From a virus (Duplodnaviria; Caudoviricetes): a stretch of DNA of 58,592 bases. Positions 56,427 through 58,592 of the stretch are shown here, piece after piece. The stretch is taken from positions 1 through 58,592 of IMG/VR virus record IMGVR_UViG_3300049011_000013. The stretch is one strand, 5' to 3'. Each line of letters begins with the position of its first letter. Position 1 is the stretch's first letter. The notes beneath the pieces were generated by a model. The model worked only from the letters and a program-made list of their open reading frames with translations, did no database searches and was not told where the DNA came from. The position numbers and the translations under genes were made by a program.

Positions 56427-58105
56427 AAGGAAACGTACCCTTGCGTAATAATTCCTGCCGATGCTTCCGGGTTCAGTGCCATCAATGAGGCTGCGTCGAA
56501 CAGACCCATGAGAGGATCGATCTTGGCCGTGCCGGAAGCCTGCTTAGTAATTGAGATTGCGTTGCCGTTTTGGACGATACGGGCGTTACCCACGCACCAA
56601 TTCATCATGTCCGACTCGCCGTGCGCCATTTCCCCGCCTGCTAACTTGCGCTCGGTGGTCTTGATGGCTCCGTTTAATTTCCAACCCTGCGAGATAGCGA
56701 CGATCTGCTCTGGCGTGATGCCGCGTTCCTCGGTGGTAATCTCGTCCACGATGTCGCCAATGCCTGCGGCGTCAACGCCGATTGCCAACTTCTCGGGCAG
56801 AAGGTCCATGTCTCGCACGCGGCAGATGATGTCTGCAACTGCGGTCACGTCATCGCCAGGGCGATCAACAATGGTCAGGTCGCCGTCCCGCTCAAAGTCG
56901 AGCAGCCTCGGAGCAATGTCCTTACGGCGCTCCAAGACAATCTTGTGCGCCCATGCGTGTGACCAGGTGAGCCAGCGGCGCGTATCGCGCTCGCGGCCAA
57001 TTAGACCGAGGCCGAGCAAGTCGTCCAGCCCGCCGCCGTCAACGCCAATCGTGACCACTTCGCTTCGCTTAAGGATTTCATCGAGCGTCAGGCAGGCTTC
57101 GGTTTGGGCTTGCCAGAAGTCCGCGCCCGCCCAGCGGTCGGAGCGGAGGTTTAGGCCGATCTCGACGTTGGCATGCTTGGCCATGAAGCCATTGAATGAG
57201 CCCGGCCCGGCTTCCTCGGCCTTCTTGAACTCGCGCTCAAGGAACGCTTCGTCTACCGAATAGCCCATGTTCGGATTCACGAGCCGCATGTTTTCAAGCT
57301 TCAGGCACGCGCCCGACTTCACCATTTCTGGCGGGTGCTCGAAGATGATCGGCACGAAAGCAGGGTCGATGATTTCACCATCGCGCACCTTGCGGGCATA
57401 TTCCAACTTCTGCTTGAAAACTCCGGCAGGCGGCTCGTCCGATTGGGTCGAGAGCCAAATAACAAAGCCTTCGGGGCGCGATGCCAAGCCGCCCAGCGCC
57501 TCGCGGAACATATTCTCCGCGCTAGAAATCTTGCCGAACAGGTGGAGCTCGTCCACCAGCGTCCCGACCGACTTCTTGCCGCCGACCGTGTTCTGATCGG
57601 CAGCCAACACCTTGAGGATCGCGTTGCTATTTTTATGGGTAATGGTCTTTACGTGGCTCTGGACGTGCATGAGCGCCTCTAGCTCCTCGTCCTTCTGAAC
57701 CATGTCACGCGCTGGGGCGTAGGCGTTGTTCGCCACCTCGACCGTAGGCGCCAGGACCGAGAACTCGGCAGACTGCCGCCAGTTCAGGATAAGCGCCGTC
57801 ATCATAATTCCGGCCGCAATCGTGCTCTTGCTGTTCTTCTTCGGGATCAACACGAAGAATTCAACGATCAGCCGGCGACCGCTATCGGCGTCGTATGCGC
57901 CAAAGATGCAGCGCACCAGGTCAAACACCCACTCCGCGCAGGACTCGCCAAAAGTCGGGCTACCAGGCGCATCCACTATCTTGAGTTGCTTGAAGATCGC
58001 AAGCGCTTGCTCGGCCTGTTCGGGGAAGATCGGCGGCGGGATGATGCTCTGTCCAGCCATAAGCCGCGCCGCCCAATCGGGGCACGAGGTTGACCAAGTT
58101 GGCAT
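56423..58105 (-). CDS. terL: terminase large subunit
   Basis: Walker A IPKKNSKS, Walker B VDELH, STQS, nuclease G.DGGG.DD, KID. Confidence 0.95.
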   Translation of the reverse strand: MPTWSTSCPDWAARLMAGQSIIPPPIFPEQAEQALAIFKQLKIVDAPGSPTFGESCAEWVFDLVRCIFGAYDADSGRRLIVEFFVLIPKKNSKSTIAAGIMMTALILNWRQSAEFSVLAPTVEVANNAYAPARDMVQKDEELEALMHVQSHVKTITHKNSNAILKVLAADQNTVGGKKSVGTLVDELHLFGKISSAENMFREALGGLASRPEGFVIWLSTQSDEPPAGVFKQKLEYARKVRDGEIIDPAFVPIIFEHPPEMVKSGACLKLENMRLVNPNMGYSVDEAFLEREFKKAEEAGPGSFNGFMAKHANVEIGLNLRSDRWAGADFWQAQTEACLTLDEILKRSEVVTIGVDGGGLDDLLGLGLIGRERDTRRWLTWSHAWAHKIVLERRKDIAPRLLDFERDGDLTIVDRPGDDVTAVADIICRVRDMDLLPEKLAIGVDAAGIGDIVDEITTEERGITPEQIVAISQGWKLNGAIKTTERKLAGGEMAHGESDMMNWCVGNARIVQNGNAISITKQASGTAKIDPLMGLFDAASLMALNPEASAGIITQGYVSL

Positions 58106-58569
58106 TAGGTCTTCCTGCCGCCGACTGCTGCCAATCTAGGCGGCGCGGCAGAGCCAAACTTACCTGCGCCCGCTTCCTTAGCCTTTGCGCCAGCAGCATC
58201 TTTCTTGCCGCCCTCACCGAGTTTCACGTTCGTGTACGGCAGCAACGCGGTCAGCGCCTTGTACTGCTGCGCCGACACCTCGACCAAGCCGAGCGCGATC
58301 TGCTCCAGCATCGGGCGCGGGTCGAATTGCTTGCCATCGGTAGCGGGCTGAATCACTTGCGGCAATTCTGGCTCGGGCGCGGGCTTTTGGGCGGCGGCAC
58401 GCTTCGTGGCCAGGTATTCCGCGACCTGTTTGTCTTTAACAAGGCGCGATCCGGCAGCCGATGCGGTCGCCTCACTGTACTGAGCCTTGATTGCCGCTTT
58501 CTTATTCGTGAGACCGGCCAAAACGGCATCCGCGAACACGCGTTTCCTGCCTGTTAAAGCCATTAACAT
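58105..58569 (-). CDS. terS: terminase small subunit
   Basis: LT.RKR.FA.......AAIKA.YS..TA..AGSRL HTH; upstream of terL. Confidence 0.9.
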   Translation of the reverse strand: MLMALTGRKRVFADAVLAGLTNKKAAIKAQYSEATASAAGSRLVKDKQVAEYLATKRAAAQKPAPEPELPQVIQPATDGKQFDPRPMLEQIALGLVEVSAQQYKALTALLPYTNVKLGEGGKKDAAGAKAKEAGAGKFGSAAPPRLAAVGGRKT

Positions 58570-58592
58570 ATTCCTCAAAGGGGGATTTATTC

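Noticed and set aside
1-58592. tRNA or rRNA genes and IS elements
   Set aside because: No tRNA cloverleaf with T-loop consensus, rRNA or transposase was recognised by eye; tRNAscan-SE and ISEScan would be needed to exclude them.

Overview
The window is a near-complete temperate, lambdoid/HK97-like siphophage genome, read from just after the Q-region genes round to the terminase small subunit. No flanking bacterial genes are visible. A betaproteobacterial (Oxalobacteraceae-like) host is an inference from gene content. Minus strand 161-15391: early operon with cro, HD hydrolase, HNH, ParB-like protein, two DNA methyltransferases, O/P-like replication genes and a Q-like antiterminator. 15400-17045: immunity region with a repressor lacking a peptidase domain and six operator-like sites. 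Plus strand 17076-28703: ERF recombinase, exonuclease, a C4 antisense RNA cassette, a two-copy array of mosaic genes built from conserved linker blocks and unrelated inserts, xis, and a frameshifted integrase. Next come an attP-like gap, a LexA-boxed gene and a methyltransferase moron. Minus strand 30166-58578: late operon with terminase, portal, ClpP, capsid, about 5.7 kb of glycan-binding/lyase-like genes sharing a 14-aa repeat, neck, tail, lysis, an HslV-like protease and a phosphoesterase. The most unusual elements are the linker-delimited module array (22868-27285) behind the C4 RNA, the head-module glycan gene set, and a possible two-part antirepression circuit. All family calls are from motif recognition by eye; no searches were run.
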